NCBI GenBank assembly: GCA_030824495.1
Contig: JAVBXP010000042.1
Location: 11,331-75,330 of the forward strand
Source: a bacterium
Lineage (GTDB): Bacteria; Pseudomonadota; Alphaproteobacteria; Caulobacterales; Caulobacteraceae
Reading direction: 5' to 3'
Length of the DNA: 64,000 nucleotides
Part shown: positions 53,006 to 63,152 of the stretch, piece after piece
Layout of the letters: each line of letters starts with the position of its first letter
Numbering within the stretch: position 1 is the first letter of the stretch
Position numbers and translations under genes: made by a program
The notes under the pieces: model-generated
The model's database searches: none
What the model saw: only the letters and a program-made list of their open reading frames with translations
What the model was told of the DNA's origin: nothing

Positions 53006-53925
53006 CAGCCGTTCCCCGCCATCAGCACGAACGGCTCATCGGGTGTGAAGAACAGGCCCAGGCCCATCCGCAGGCCGACAGCCAGCACGATCAGAGCCAG
53101 CAGCGCCCGCAATTCCTCGGCCCGGAAGCGCGAGGAGGCCCGCGCCCCGACCTGAGCGCCAAGAACTCCGCCGATCAGCAGCAAGGTGGCCAGCACCACA
53201 TCGACCGTCTGGTTGCGGCCGGCCTGCAGCACACTGGTCAGCGAGGTGGTGATGATGATCTGGAACAGGCTGGTGCCGACCACCACGCCCGCCGGCATGC
53301 GCAGGATATAGACCATCGCCGGCACCAGCACGAAGCCGCCGCCGACCCCCATGATCGCCGACAGTATGCCGACGAATACGCCCAGTACGATCGGCGGAAT
53401 GACGCTGATGTAGAGGCGCGAGCGGGGAAACCGCATCTTGAACGGCAGGCCATAGAGCCAGGGCGGACGCCGGTCCTTGCGCCGCTTGGGCGGATCGCCG
53501 CGCCTCTGGCGCAGGATCGAGGTCAGGGACTCGCTCAGCATCAAGGCGCCGATGACGCCTAGGAAGATCAGATAGGAGAGCGACACCACGAGGTCGGCTT
53601 GGCCGAGCAGACGCAGCCAACGGAAGATCTCGACCCCGATGAACGAGCCGACCGCGCCACCTGCGGCCAGAACGCCCCCCATCCGGAAGTCGACCGCCTT
53701 GCGGCGGGTGTAGGAGATCACGCCCGAGGTCGAGGACGCGGCGACGTGGTTGGCCTCGCTGGCCACCGCCACCACCGGGGGAATGCCCAGGAAGATCAGC
53801 ACCGGCGTCATCAGGAAGCCGCCGCCGATGCCGAACAGGCCCGAGATGAACCCCACCGCCGCGCCAAGCGCGATCAGTATGGGGGCGTTCACCGACACCT
53901 CGGCTATGGGCAGATAGATGTCCAA
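53005..53925 (-). CDS. Sulfite exporter TauE/SafE family protein
   Basis: MDIYLPIAE, GLFGIGGG, GVGGGFVLVP, VGTSLFQI. Confidence 0.9.
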   Translation of the reverse strand: MDIYLPIAEVSVNAPILIALGAAVGFISGLFGIGGGFLMTPVLIFLGIPPVVAVASEANHVAASSTSGVISYTRRKAVDFRMGGVLAAGGAVGSFIGVEIFRWLRLLGQADLVVSLSYLIFLGVIGALMLSESLTSILRQRRGDPPKRRKDRRPPWLYGLPFKMRFPRSRLYISVIPPIVLGVFVGILSAIMGVGGGFVLVPAMVYILRMPAGVVVGTSLFQIIITTSLTSVLQAGRNQTVDVVLATLLLIGGVLGAQVGARASSRFRAEELRALLALIVLAVGLRMGLGLFFTPDEPFVLMAGNG

Positions 53926-53948
53926 GAGCGCCCCTTACTCGGCGCGCG

Positions 53949-56900
53949 TCACCGCGTGAAGACCTGCAGCCGGGAAACCGTGGTCTGATCTAGGCTGCCG
54001 TTCGCCACCAGGCCCTGTTCGCGCTGATAAGCGGCGACGGCCATGGTCAGGGCCGGCGACGACACGCCGTCCATCGGACCTTGGTAGAAACCGAGCCGCG
54101 ACAGAACCCGCTGGGCGGTCACCACGGCGGCGGCCGGAGCGACCGCCGTCTCAATGCCGGACGCCGAGCGGTTGGCCGGGGTCGGTCGGAAACCCTGCGC
54201 CGCGCGCTCCGACACGCTGCGCGCCTCGGGCGAGAGGCCGGCCCGGACCCGGGCGGCGCTCTTGCGGGCTTCTTCATCGCCGGCGCGGGCCGCGACCAGG
54301 TACCACTTGTAGGCTTCGGCCGCGTTCTGAGGCTCGCCCAGACCCTGCTCATAGAGGGCGCCGAGATTGTACTGGCTGTCGACCAAACCCAGATCCGCGG
54401 CGCGGCGGAACCACTGACCGGCCATGACGGCGTTCTTCGGGCCGCCCTTGCCCTCGATCAAGGCGATGCCGAGATTATGCATCGCATGCCGGTTGCCGCC
54501 CTGGGCCGCGCGTTCGGTCCAGCGACGCGCCTCGGCCAGGTTCTTGGCGAGGCCTGCTTCGCCGTTCTCATAGAGTTTGGCCAGATAGAACTGAGCCGGC
54601 GAGTGGCCGAGATTGGCGGCCTTGCGAAGGTTTTCCAGCCCGCCCGGGGCCTTGGTTTCGATGGCGCGGACAGCGTCGGTATAGAGGGTCGCGAGCTCGG
54701 CGGACTCGGTCGCCGCCACCGGCGGGCGCACCGTGCCCATTGGCTGTGGCGTGATGGCGATGGCGGCCAGCGGCGTGGTGTCGGCCTCGCCGGTCGAGAT
54801 CTCGCCTGCCTTGTCGCTTTCGAACACGGCCAGGGCGTCGGCGACGCGCTGCGGCGGCGCGCCATGCGGCTCGCTGTCGGCGACGAAGTAGCTGGCTGCG
54901 CCCAGGCTGAGGAACGCCGCGCCGCCGGCCACCAGCAAGGCGGTCTGCAACGTGCCGCCGGCCGCGCGCTTGGGGCGCATGCCGAAGCTGGAGAACAGCG
55001 AAGGCGCCGCGGGCTTGTGCAGCTTCTCGACCTTCGCGCCGAGCTTCTTGGAGTCTCCGCTGGAAGCCGCGCGCGCCGCGGCGCGAGCTTGCTCGATCAC
55101 TTCACGGGTCGTGAGCGGCCGTTCCGGCTCCGGCTCGACCGCCAGGTCCTGCAGTTCAGCGTCCGGCGGCGCGAGATCGAAGGCCGCCGCATTGAGTTCG
55201 GCTGCCTCGACAACCGCTTCGGCGTCGGGCTGGGCGGTGGTCTCAGCGCCCTCCGCGACCGGTTGCGCTGCCTCGGGCTCGGGTTGAGGCTCTAGCTCCG
55301 GCTCAGCTTCCGCCACCGGCGCTTCAAGCGCGAGTTCTTCAACCTGATCGCTCGGCGCGGCGGCGGTGAAGCCGTCGGCGGCTTCGAAGTCCTCGGCGTC
55401 GAACGGCACGGTCTCGGTCGTATCTGGGAACGCAGCGGCGACCGGCGCCTCAGGCTCGTCAGCGCCGGAGACGGCAGGTGCGACCTGCGGCTCAGCGCTC
55501 GCCTCGGCGGCGGCGAAGGCCTGCAAGGCCAGAGGGTCGGCTGCCGGTTCGGCCGGACCCAGATCGCGCACCGGGTCGGGCGTGAAAGGCGAGAGCGGCT
55601 CGTCGCGCACCAGGCGAGGAGCTGGCGCAACGGCCAGGGCCTGTTCGGAAAGACGGCGCTGAGATTCAGCGAGGCTGCGATCGACCTTTTCGCGCGCCTC
55701 GTCGAGCAGGCGCGCGGTGCGTTCCTCGCTCTGGCGAATGCGCTCGACCAGATCCTCGGACGAACGCTCCTGGCGCTGGCTCAGCCGCTCGCTGACCTGA
55801 GCGACCTGTTCGCCGACATCATCGATTGCCTGGGCCGCGCGGCGTTCGGAGCTGCCGATCCGTTCGGTCAGGCGCTCGGTGATCTTGGCGATTTCCGAGC
55901 CGAGCTTTTCCAGCGCTTCGGCATGGGCGCCTTCAGAGCGGCCAAACCGGGCTTCCATCGCCTCAGCGATGCGGGCGACTTCGCCGCCGACCTGTTCGAT
56001 GGCGTCGGCGCTGCGGTTTTCGGCGTCCTGAACCCTGCGGTTCAGGGTGTCGGCCATGGTCAGGACCTCGCGGCCCATCTTTTCGATGGCCTCGCTCGAC
56101 ACCTGTTCGGCGGCCCGCGCGGCCATTTCGCCGAGCTGCTGCTCCATGCGGCTGAACCGGCCGTCAGCAGCGGCCTGCATCTTCTCGGCGATTTCCTCGC
56201 GGACGAGGTCGACACGCTGCGAGAGCGTGGCGGCCAGGTCTTCCAGGCGACGGTCGATGCTGGCGGCGCCGCCGCGATCAACGGCGTCCACGCGCTCGTC
56301 GAGGTGGGCGAACGCCTGGCCCAGACTGACGAACGCATCGGCGGTGCGCGCCTCGGCGTCGCTGAGCCGCGCATCGACGCGGGTGACCACTTCCTCGATC
56401 AGGGCGACCGCGGCTTCGTCGTCTTGTGCGCCGATCTCCTGAAGACGCAGCTCCATCGCGGCGAGGGTGTCGCGGGTCCTGCCTTCGCCCTCGTGCAGGT
56501 GATGGGCGATCTTGCCAAGCGCGGCCTCCAGCGAACGCAGCGCCTCAGCTGATCGCGGACCAGCGGCCTCGGACTCGACCCGCCGCAGGCGTTCGGCCAG
56601 GCGCGAGTTCTCGGCCCTCGCCTCCTGCATCGCGCCTTCGAAACGGGCGGCGACGGCGACATGTTCGCGTTCGGCGGCCTCGATGCGGGCCATGGCTTGA
56701 CGCATAACCACTTCGGCGGCGATGGCGGCGGGGGTCTTGCGGATGCCTTCCTGCTCGACGCCGCCGTTCAGGCGATCAAGAGCGACCGCCACGCGCTCGG
56801 CGTCGGCGGTCGGCGCTTCGGCGCTCTCGACCAGTCGCGGCGTGAATTGCGGGCGTTCCGGGCGCTCGGCCCGTTCGTCGAAATAGGTTTGAGACGTGAT

Positions 56901-57041
56901 CTCTTCGGGACCCTCGTCCTCGAGGATCACGCGATTGAGCCATTCTCCGAGTGTCATGCCGGAGCGGCGGGCTAGGCCCTTGGCGACTTCCCTCGCCTTA
57001 GGATCGATCCCCTTGACACTCCAGGGCGCCCCCGACGTCAT
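53949..57041 (-). CDS. podJ: Polar organelle development protein PodJ
   Basis: PWSVKGIDPKAREVAK..ARRSGMTLGEWLN; coiled coils, acidic linker, TM, Sel1 repeats, C-terminal PG-binding domain. Confidence 0.92.
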   Translation of the reverse strand: MTSGAPWSVKGIDPKAREVAKGLARRSGMTLGEWLNRVILEDEGPEEITSQTYFDERAERPERPQFTPRLVESAEAPTADAERVAVALDRLNGGVEQEGIRKTPAAIAAEVVMRQAMARIEAAEREHVAVAARFEGAMQEARAENSRLAERLRRVESEAAGPRSAEALRSLEAALGKIAHHLHEGEGRTRDTLAAMELRLQEIGAQDDEAAVALIEEVVTRVDARLSDAEARTADAFVSLGQAFAHLDERVDAVDRGGAASIDRRLEDLAATLSQRVDLVREEIAEKMQAAADGRFSRMEQQLGEMAARAAEQVSSEAIEKMGREVLTMADTLNRRVQDAENRSADAIEQVGGEVARIAEAMEARFGRSEGAHAEALEKLGSEIAKITERLTERIGSSERRAAQAIDDVGEQVAQVSERLSQRQERSSEDLVERIRQSEERTARLLDEAREKVDRSLAESQRRLSEQALAVAPAPRLVRDEPLSPFTPDPVRDLGPAEPAADPLALQAFAAAEASAEPQVAPAVSGADEPEAPVAAAFPDTTETVPFDAEDFEAADGFTAAAPSDQVEELALEAPVAEAEPELEPQPEPEAAQPVAEGAETTAQPDAEAVVEAAELNAAAFDLAPPDAELQDLAVEPEPERPLTTREVIEQARAAARAASSGDSKKLGAKVEKLHKPAAPSLFSSFGMRPKRAAGGTLQTALLVAGGAAFLSLGAASYFVADSEPHGAPPQRVADALAVFESDKAGEISTGEADTTPLAAIAITPQPMGTVRPPVAATESAELATLYTDAVRAIETKAPGGLENLRKAANLGHSPAQFYLAKLYENGEAGLAKNLAEARRWTERAAQGGNRHAMHNLGIALIEGKGGPKNAVMAGQWFRRAADLGLVDSQYNLGALYEQGLGEPQNAAEAYKWYLVAARAGDEEARKSAARVRAGLSPEARSVSERAAQGFRPTPANRSASGIETAVAPAAAVVTAQRVLSRLGFYQGPMDGVSSPALTMAVAAYQREQGLVANGSLDQTTVSRLQVFTR

Positions 57042-57092
57042 TCGAATCGTTCTCCCAGCCCAATTGTGACGCTAACACCGATCCGTGGTATG

Positions 57093-57107
57093 TAAACGGA
57101 TCCTTAA
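57093..57107. promoter_or_regulatory. Near-consensus CtrA box upstream of podJ
   Basis: TAAA-CGGATCC-TTAA versus TTAA-N7-TTAA; GANTC site at 57044-57048. Confidence 0.6.
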
Positions 57108-57178
57108 CACTAGATATTGCGCCCAGGGCGAAAGCCTGTGGATTACCGTGTGTAGAGTGAGAACAAGACGAAATTCGG

Positions 57179-57193
57179 TTAATGCCGAGTTAA
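57179..57193. promoter_or_regulatory. Perfect CtrA box
   Basis: TTAA-TGCCGAG-TTAA plus a TTAAC half site at 57196-57200. Confidence 0.8.
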
Positions 57194-57249
57194 GGTTAAC
57201 GCCATCCCGCCTTTACCCGCCCCCATAGCCTGAGGTAGGCGGGGCGGGA

Positions 57250-57453
57250 ATGGACCTCAACCTGACCCTGGCGCTTTGCGCCGTGCTGCTGATTGTCGCA
57301 GCCTTCGCCGGCTGGCGGGGGTCGAAGCCCCCGAATGTCATCAAGGGCCCCAGGATGATGCCCTGGCGCTTCATCATGGTCACGGCGGCCGCCTTCGCGA
57401 TGTTCCTGATCGTCCACATCGTGAACCTGCTGGGCGTTAAGACCGGGCGCTGA
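57250..57453 (+). CDS. Small two-TM membrane protein (67 aa)
   Basis: Two hydrophobic helices around a basic Pro/Gly loop (RGSKPPNVIKGPRMMPWR); fills the gap between podJ and the MprF-like gene. Confidence 0.7.
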   Translation: MDLNLTLALCAVLLIVAAFAGWRGSKPPNVIKGPRMMPWRFIMVTAAAFAMFLIVHIVNLLGVKTGR

Positions 57454-57456
57454 GCC

Positions 57457-59097
57457 TCAGCCCTTCGGGCGCTTAGCAAGACCCGAGACCCCGCCCGACG
57501 TCAGCAGCCCCATATCGGCCAGGATCAACGGGATCGCCCACTTGTGGGGCGCTGCGATGTAGCGCGGCCGCCAGACCGGATCGTACTTGCCCTTGTAGGC
57601 CCGCACGCCCTGGAAATTATAGACCTCCTCGCCCCGCTCGAAGATCAGCGCGCCGACGCGCGACAGCACGGGGGCCAGCGGCCGGTCCTCAAGGCCCGAC
57701 AGCGGGGCCATGCCGAACTCGATGGCCTGGTAGTTCTCGCGACGTCCCCACTCGATCAACTCGACGAACAGGTAATCCATGATGCGCCGAGGCCCCTCCT
57801 CGATGTAGCGCATCAGGTCCATGGAGAAGGCGCTCTTGCAGGCCGTGGTCCAGAGGGTGGCGAAGGCGATGATCTTGCCCTCGAACCGCACGATCGCGAC
57901 CGGGAACTCCGCTACGTAAGATGGGTAGAAGCCGCCCATCGAAAAGCTCTTGTCGCCGCCGGCATGGTGCACCAGCCACGCATCGGAGATCGCCTGGATC
58001 TGCGGCATGATCTCATGCACGCGCTCGGGCGGGTACACCTCGAAGGAAGCGCCCGCCTCGCCGGCCTGACGCCAGGCGCGCCGCAGGTTTCCGCGCTTGG
58101 TGCCCTCGATGCTGAAGGTGTCCAGCGCCACCGCGGCGCTCTCCCCCACCTTGTGGATGGCGAAGCCCAGCTCGACCACATCGGGCAGGTGCTCGGCGTC
58201 CAGACCGTAGAAGCCAGGGCGCGCGGCATGGGCGTCCGCCAATTCCCGGAACCGCCACATCAGGTCCATGCGCTCGTCCGCGCGGCCGACCGGCGCGCCG
58301 AGCGAGATCCAAGAACGCCCCCTCACACCGAACATTAGGAAGCTCTCGCCCGACGCCGAGAACAGGAACCGCTTGTCGCCCAGCAGGGCCAGGTTGGAGC
58401 CCGGCTCGGCGTCCTCGGCCTTGGCCAGGATCGCCCGCACGCGCTCAAGCTCGGGATCGTCCTCGCCCACCACCCGCGGCGTGGCGGCCGAGGCGAGCAT
58501 CCGCCAGACGCCAAACGCGAACAGCAGGATCGCCGCGCCGACCCAGGCGCGAATGGCGCGCGCGGCGTCGTCGTCGGCCATCACCCGCCAGAACGGCTGG
58601 TCTCCATAGTCTGCATGCTGGAACGACCAGAGACCCAGCAGCCCAGCGCCGAACACCACGGCGAAGGCCGACACCAGCCAGCCGGGCGTCACCTCCATCT
58701 GCGACAGGCGCGCCTTGCGCGGGAACGCGCCTCGCAGCGGGATCAAGACGACTGCGAACAACGCCAGCGTCGCGGCCTCCTCCCAGGCGAAGGCCTTCAA
58801 CAGCGCCAGCGGGCTGGCGATCAGCAGGGTGGCGACACTCGCCGCCCACGCCCCATCCAGCCGCGCACGCAGGCCGAAGGCGAGGAGAACCAGGATCAGG
58901 CCAAGGATGCTGGACAGGAAGTGACTGATCTCGATCAGCACGACCGGCGTGACTTCATATATGCGCAGGAAGCGGTCGGGGATGGTCGGGGTGGCCCCGG
59001 AGGCCAGCAGCATGATCCCCGCAAACAGCGCGAGAATGGCCGCCACAGTTGGCGCGACGGCGAACAGCGCCGGTTTAACTTCCCGCCAGAATTTCAT
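57457..59097 (-). CDS. MprF-like aminoacyl-phosphatidylglycerol synthase lacking the N-terminal flippase domain
   Basis: SGATP...EISH TM region; LALLGDK, DLMR, GMAPLSG, YNFQGVRAYKGKY.P.W.PRY; only 546 aa. Confidence 0.85.
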   Translation of the reverse strand: MKFWREVKPALFAVAPTVAAILALFAGIMLLASGATPTIPDRFLRIYEVTPVVLIEISHFLSSILGLILVLLAFGLRARLDGAWAASVATLLIASPLALLKAFAWEEAATLALFAVVLIPLRGAFPRKARLSQMEVTPGWLVSAFAVVFGAGLLGLWSFQHADYGDQPFWRVMADDDAARAIRAWVGAAILLFAFGVWRMLASAATPRVVGEDDPELERVRAILAKAEDAEPGSNLALLGDKRFLFSASGESFLMFGVRGRSWISLGAPVGRADERMDLMWRFRELADAHAARPGFYGLDAEHLPDVVELGFAIHKVGESAAVALDTFSIEGTKRGNLRRAWRQAGEAGASFEVYPPERVHEIMPQIQAISDAWLVHHAGGDKSFSMGGFYPSYVAEFPVAIVRFEGKIIAFATLWTTACKSAFSMDLMRYIEEGPRRIMDYLFVELIEWGRRENYQAIEFGMAPLSGLEDRPLAPVLSRVGALIFERGEEVYNFQGVRAYKGKYDPVWRPRYIAAPHKWAIPLILADMGLLTSGGVSGLAKRPKG

Positions 59098-59259
59098 TCG
59101 CCCGCCAAAAGCCGTCCTAGGTAGCCGACATATAGCCTGATTTGGCGTCTACGCAGCGCGCTACCACCACGTCAAACAACCGTTTCGTTTCCCTTGCTCT
59201 TGAGGCGCCCGACGCTAATGTGGCCGGCGTAAAAGCAGATCCGATCACGGGAGGATTCC

Positions 59260-60483
59260 ATGGCCGATTTCGGCGCCGGCGAACTCGACGCGTTCCGCGC
59301 CGAAGTTAAGGCCTGGCTGGAAGCCAACTATCCGGCGGAACTCCGCGACCCCAAGGTCAAGAGCGACCCCGAAGCCATGTGGGGTGGTCGCGCCTTCGCC
59401 GGCTCCAATGACCCGCAGATCGTGTGGATGCGCAAGATGGCGCAGAAGGGCTGGACCGCCCCGACCTGGCCCAAGGAATACGGCGGCGGAGGACTGACGC
59501 CGCAGCAGGCGCGCGTGCTGGACCAGGAACTGGCCGCCGGCCGCTATCACGCGCCGCTGGCCTCGTTCGGGATCTGGATGCTGGGCCCGGTGCTGCTTGA
59601 ATACGCGACCGAGGCGCAAAAGAAAGAATACCTGCCCAAGATCATCAATGGCGAAATCCGCTGGTGCCAGGGCTATTCGGAACCCGGCGCTGGCTCCGAT
59701 CTCGCCTCGCTTCAAACCAAATGCGAAGACAAAGGCGATCACTGGCTGATTAACGGCCAGAAGATCTGGACCTCCTACGCCGACAAGGCCGACTGGTGCT
59801 TCTGTCTGGTCCGCACCGACACGACCAAGAAGCACGAAGGCATCTCGTTCGTGCTTATCGACATGTCGAAGCCGGGTGTGGAAACCCGACCCATTCAGCT
59901 GATCTCCGGCGAGAGCCCGTTCTGCGAGACCTTCTTCACCGACGTCCAGCTTCCTAAGGACGCCCTGGTCGGCAAGGTCAACGGCGGTTGGGAAATCGCC
60001 AAGCGGCTGCTGCAGTATGAGCGCCAGAACATCTCAGGCGGCTTTGGCGGCGGCGGCGGGGCCGGCGGCGCGGCCGGCGACCTGGGCTCCATCGCCAAGA
60101 CCTATGCGGGCGTCGACGAAGCTGGTCGCGTGGCCGACCACGACCTGCGCCAGCGGGTCACCCAGAACAAGATGAACTTCCAGGCGCTTGGCCAGACGAT
60201 CGCCCGCACCGCCGCCGAGGCGAGGGCCTCGAACGGTCCGAGCGCGGCGACCTCGATCATCAAGTACGCCGCCGCCTCCTTTGCTCAGGAGCGGTCTGAA
60301 CTGATGGTGGAGGCCATGGGCCACCAGGGCCTCGGCTGGGATGGCGAAGGTTACGCGCCCGGCGAGCTGCTGGCGGTCCGCGGCTGGCTGCGATCCAAGG
60401 GCAATTCCATCGAGGGCGGCACCTCGGAAATCAACATCAACGTGGTCTCCAAGCGCGTGCTCGGCCTGCCAGACCCCAAGTAA
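59260..60483 (+). CDS. Acyl-CoA dehydrogenase (copy 1)
   Basis: WCQGYSEPGAGSDLASL, NGQKIWTS, SIEGGTSEI. Confidence 0.95.
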   Translation: MADFGAGELDAFRAEVKAWLEANYPAELRDPKVKSDPEAMWGGRAFAGSNDPQIVWMRKMAQKGWTAPTWPKEYGGGGLTPQQARVLDQELAAGRYHAPLASFGIWMLGPVLLEYATEAQKKEYLPKIINGEIRWCQGYSEPGAGSDLASLQTKCEDKGDHWLINGQKIWTSYADKADWCFCLVRTDTTKKHEGISFVLIDMSKPGVETRPIQLISGESPFCETFFTDVQLPKDALVGKVNGGWEIAKRLLQYERQNISGGFGGGGGAGGAAGDLGSIAKTYAGVDEAGRVADHDLRQRVTQNKMNFQALGQTIARTAAEARASNGPSAATSIIKYAAASFAQERSELMVEAMGHQGLGWDGEGYAPGELLAVRGWLRSKGNSIEGGTSEININVVSKRVLGLPDPK

Positions 60484-60491
60484 CCGTGATG

Positions 60492-60527
60492 GGCGCCACG
60501 CTATTACGAGCGGCGCCTTTTGTTTTT
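60492..60527 (+). terminator. Rho-independent terminator between ACAD copies 1 and 2
   Basis: GGCGCC(A)CGC...GCGGCGCC followed by TTTTGTTTTT. Confidence 0.65.
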
Positions 60528-60556
60528 GATCGACGACATTTCTAGAGGCGAATTTC

Positions 60557-61765
60557 ATGGCTGATTTTGGCGGCGACATCGAAACCTTCCGCGGCGAAGC
60601 CAAGGCGTGGCTGGAAGCCAACTTCCCCAAGGCCTTGCAGGCCGACCCGGCCGCGCAACTCGCGGCTATGGGCGGCGGCAAAGAAAGCGCCGACGCCAAG
60701 GCTTGGCGCGAAGCTGTCGGAGCCAAGGGCTGGGGCACTCCGACCTGGCCGGCAGAGTACGGCGGCGGCGGCCTGAGCCGCCAGCAAGCCCGCGTGCTGC
60801 AAGAGGAAATGGCCAAGATCGGGGCCCGCAACCCGATCGGCGGCATGGGCGTGATGATGTTCGGCCCGACCCTGATCGAGTACGGCACTGAGGAACTGAA
60901 GCGCCAACATCTGCCGGGGATCATCACCGGCTCGGTGCGCTGGTGCCAAGGCTATTCCGAGCCCGGCTCGGGCTCGGACCTCGCCTCGCTGCAGACCCGC
61001 GCCGAGGACAAGGGTGACCACTACCTGGTCAACGGTTCAAAGATCTGGACGTCCGGCGCCAACACGGCCGACTGGTGTTTCTGCCTGGTGCGTACCGACA
61101 CCAGCAAGAAGCATGAGGGCATCAGCTTCCTGCTGATCGACATGAAGTCGCCCGGCGTCGAGGTTCGGCCGATCTTGCTGATCAACGGCACCTCGCCGTT
61201 CTGCGAAACCTTCTTCACCGACGTCACCGTCCCGAAGAACCAGCTGTTCGGCCCGCTGAACGGCGGCTGGACGGTCGCCAAGCGGCTGCTGCAATTCGAG
61301 CGCGACAACATCTCGGCCGGCCTTGGCGGCGGCTCGATCGGCGCGCCGGTCACGGCCCTGACCGTCAAGCAGGCGGCCAAGGACTATGTGGGCCTAAGCG
61401 ATGACGGCCGACTGGCCGACAGCGACTTCCGCCGCCGGGTGACCGAACACCTGATGGAGGTCCAGGCCTTCCAGCAGACGGTGCGCCGCGCCGCCGACGA
61501 GGCGAAGGCCGGCAACGGACCTTCGGCTGCGACCTCGATCATGAAGTACGCCGGCGCCAAGGTGGCGATGGATCGCAACGAACTGATCGTCGAAGCGCTC
61601 GGCTCGGCCGGCCTCGGCTGGACCGGCGAGGGCTACGCGGCTCCCGAACTAGCCGCGGTGCGCACATGGCTGCGCTCCAAGGGCAACTCGATCGAGGGCG
61701 GCACCTCGGAGATCAACCTCAACGTCGTTTCCAAGCGCGTGCTTGGCCTGCCTGACCCCAAGTGA
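60557..61765 (+). CDS. Acyl-CoA dehydrogenase (copy 2)
   Basis: WCQGYSEPGSGSDLASL, SIEGGTSEI. Confidence 0.95.
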   Translation: MADFGGDIETFRGEAKAWLEANFPKALQADPAAQLAAMGGGKESADAKAWREAVGAKGWGTPTWPAEYGGGGLSRQQARVLQEEMAKIGARNPIGGMGVMMFGPTLIEYGTEELKRQHLPGIITGSVRWCQGYSEPGSGSDLASLQTRAEDKGDHYLVNGSKIWTSGANTADWCFCLVRTDTSKKHEGISFLLIDMKSPGVEVRPILLINGTSPFCETFFTDVTVPKNQLFGPLNGGWTVAKRLLQFERDNISAGLGGGSIGAPVTALTVKQAAKDYVGLSDDGRLADSDFRRRVTEHLMEVQAFQQTVRRAADEAKAGNGPSAATSIMKYAGAKVAMDRNELIVEALGSAGLGWTGEGYAAPELAAVRTWLRSKGNSIEGGTSEINLNVVSKRVLGLPDPK

Positions 61766-61841
61766 TTTTTCACCCCCTCCCGGTGGAGAGGGGGACATGC
61801 TACAATATTACTAACATAATGAATAATTAGGGAGATTTTTC

Positions 61842-63053
61842 ATGGCTGATTTTGGCGGCGCAGATTTGGAAGGCTTCCGCACTCAGGCTCGAGAGTGGCT
61901 TGAGGCGAATTTCCCCAAGTCCCTGGGCAAGGATGTCGAGGGACAGCAAGCGGCTTTGATGAGCCCTGAAAAGCCCACCGGCGACATGGCGGTCTGGAAA
62001 GAGCGCATGGGCGCCAAGGGATGGGGAACGCCTACTTGGCCGGCGGCCTATGGCGGCGGCGGCCTCTCTCCCGCCGAAGCCCGCGTGCTGGCGCAGGAAA
62101 TGGCCGCCATCGGCGCGGTGAACCCGATCGGCGGCATGGGCATCGGCATGTTCGGCCCGACCCTGCTGGAATACGGGACCGAGGAACAGAAGAAGAAGTA
62201 TATCCCCGACATCGTCACCGGCAAAACCCGGTGGTGCCAAGGCTTCAGTGAGCCGGGCGCGGGTTCGGACCTTGCTTCCCTGCAGACCAAGGCAGAAGAC
62301 AAGGGCGACTACTGGCTCGTCAACGGCTCGAAGATCTGGACCAGCGGCGGCCAGTACGCCGACATGATCTTCTGCCTGGTCCGCACCGACTTCACCAAGA
62401 AGCATGAAGGCATCTCCTTTGTTGTCTTCGAGATGCATCAGCCTGGGGTCGAGGTTCGGCCGATCAAGCTGATCGCCGGCAACTCGCCGTTCTGCGAAAC
62501 CTTCTTCACCGACGTGAAGGTGCCGAAGGAAAACCTGGTCGGCCCACTGAACGGCGGCTGGACCGTGGCCAAGCGCCTGCTGCAGCATGAGCGCTCGGGC
62601 ATGAACGGCAGCCGCGGCGCCGCCGGCGCCCGCCCTGACGCCCTGGGCGTCGTCGCCAAGAAATATGTCGGCGCCGACGAACAAGGCCGGCTGGCCGACA
62701 GCGACCTGCGCACCCGCATCGTCATGAACGAGATCGACCAGCGCGCCCTGCAGCAGACGGTTCGCCGCGCGGCGCTGGAAGCCAAGGGCAATTCGGGCCC
62801 TTCGGCGGCGACCTCGATCATGAAGAACGCCAACATGAAGGTCGCGCAGGACCGCGCCGAGCTGACCCTCGAATTCATGGGCCACCAGGGCCTGGGCTGG
62901 GACGGCGCCGAGTTCACCGAGGAAGAGCGCACCGCGGTCCGCTCCTGGCTCTCGGGCAAGGCCGGCTCGATCTATGGCGGCTCGAACGAAGTACAGAACA
63001 ACATCATCTCGAAGCGGATCCTGGGACTCCCAGACCTGACCCAGAGTCACTAG
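61842..63053 (+). CDS. Acyl-CoA dehydrogenase (copy 3)
   Basis: WCQGFSEPGAGSDLASL, SIYGGSNEVQ. Confidence 0.95.
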   Translation: MADFGGADLEGFRTQAREWLEANFPKSLGKDVEGQQAALMSPEKPTGDMAVWKERMGAKGWGTPTWPAAYGGGGLSPAEARVLAQEMAAIGAVNPIGGMGIGMFGPTLLEYGTEEQKKKYIPDIVTGKTRWCQGFSEPGAGSDLASLQTKAEDKGDYWLVNGSKIWTSGGQYADMIFCLVRTDFTKKHEGISFVVFEMHQPGVEVRPIKLIAGNSPFCETFFTDVKVPKENLVGPLNGGWTVAKRLLQHERSGMNGSRGAAGARPDALGVVAKKYVGADEQGRLADSDLRTRIVMNEIDQRALQQTVRRAALEAKGNSGPSAATSIMKNANMKVAQDRAELTLEFMGHQGLGWDGAEFTEEERTAVRSWLSGKAGSIYGGSNEVQNNIISKRILGLPDLTQSH

Positions 63054-63152
63054 AGTGACGCCAACACTCGGTCGCGCGAGCCAATTAGGCTGCGCGGCCG
63101 GGGATGTGCATAACGACTTTCAGACGACCTGATTTTTAAGGAGACGATTTAA

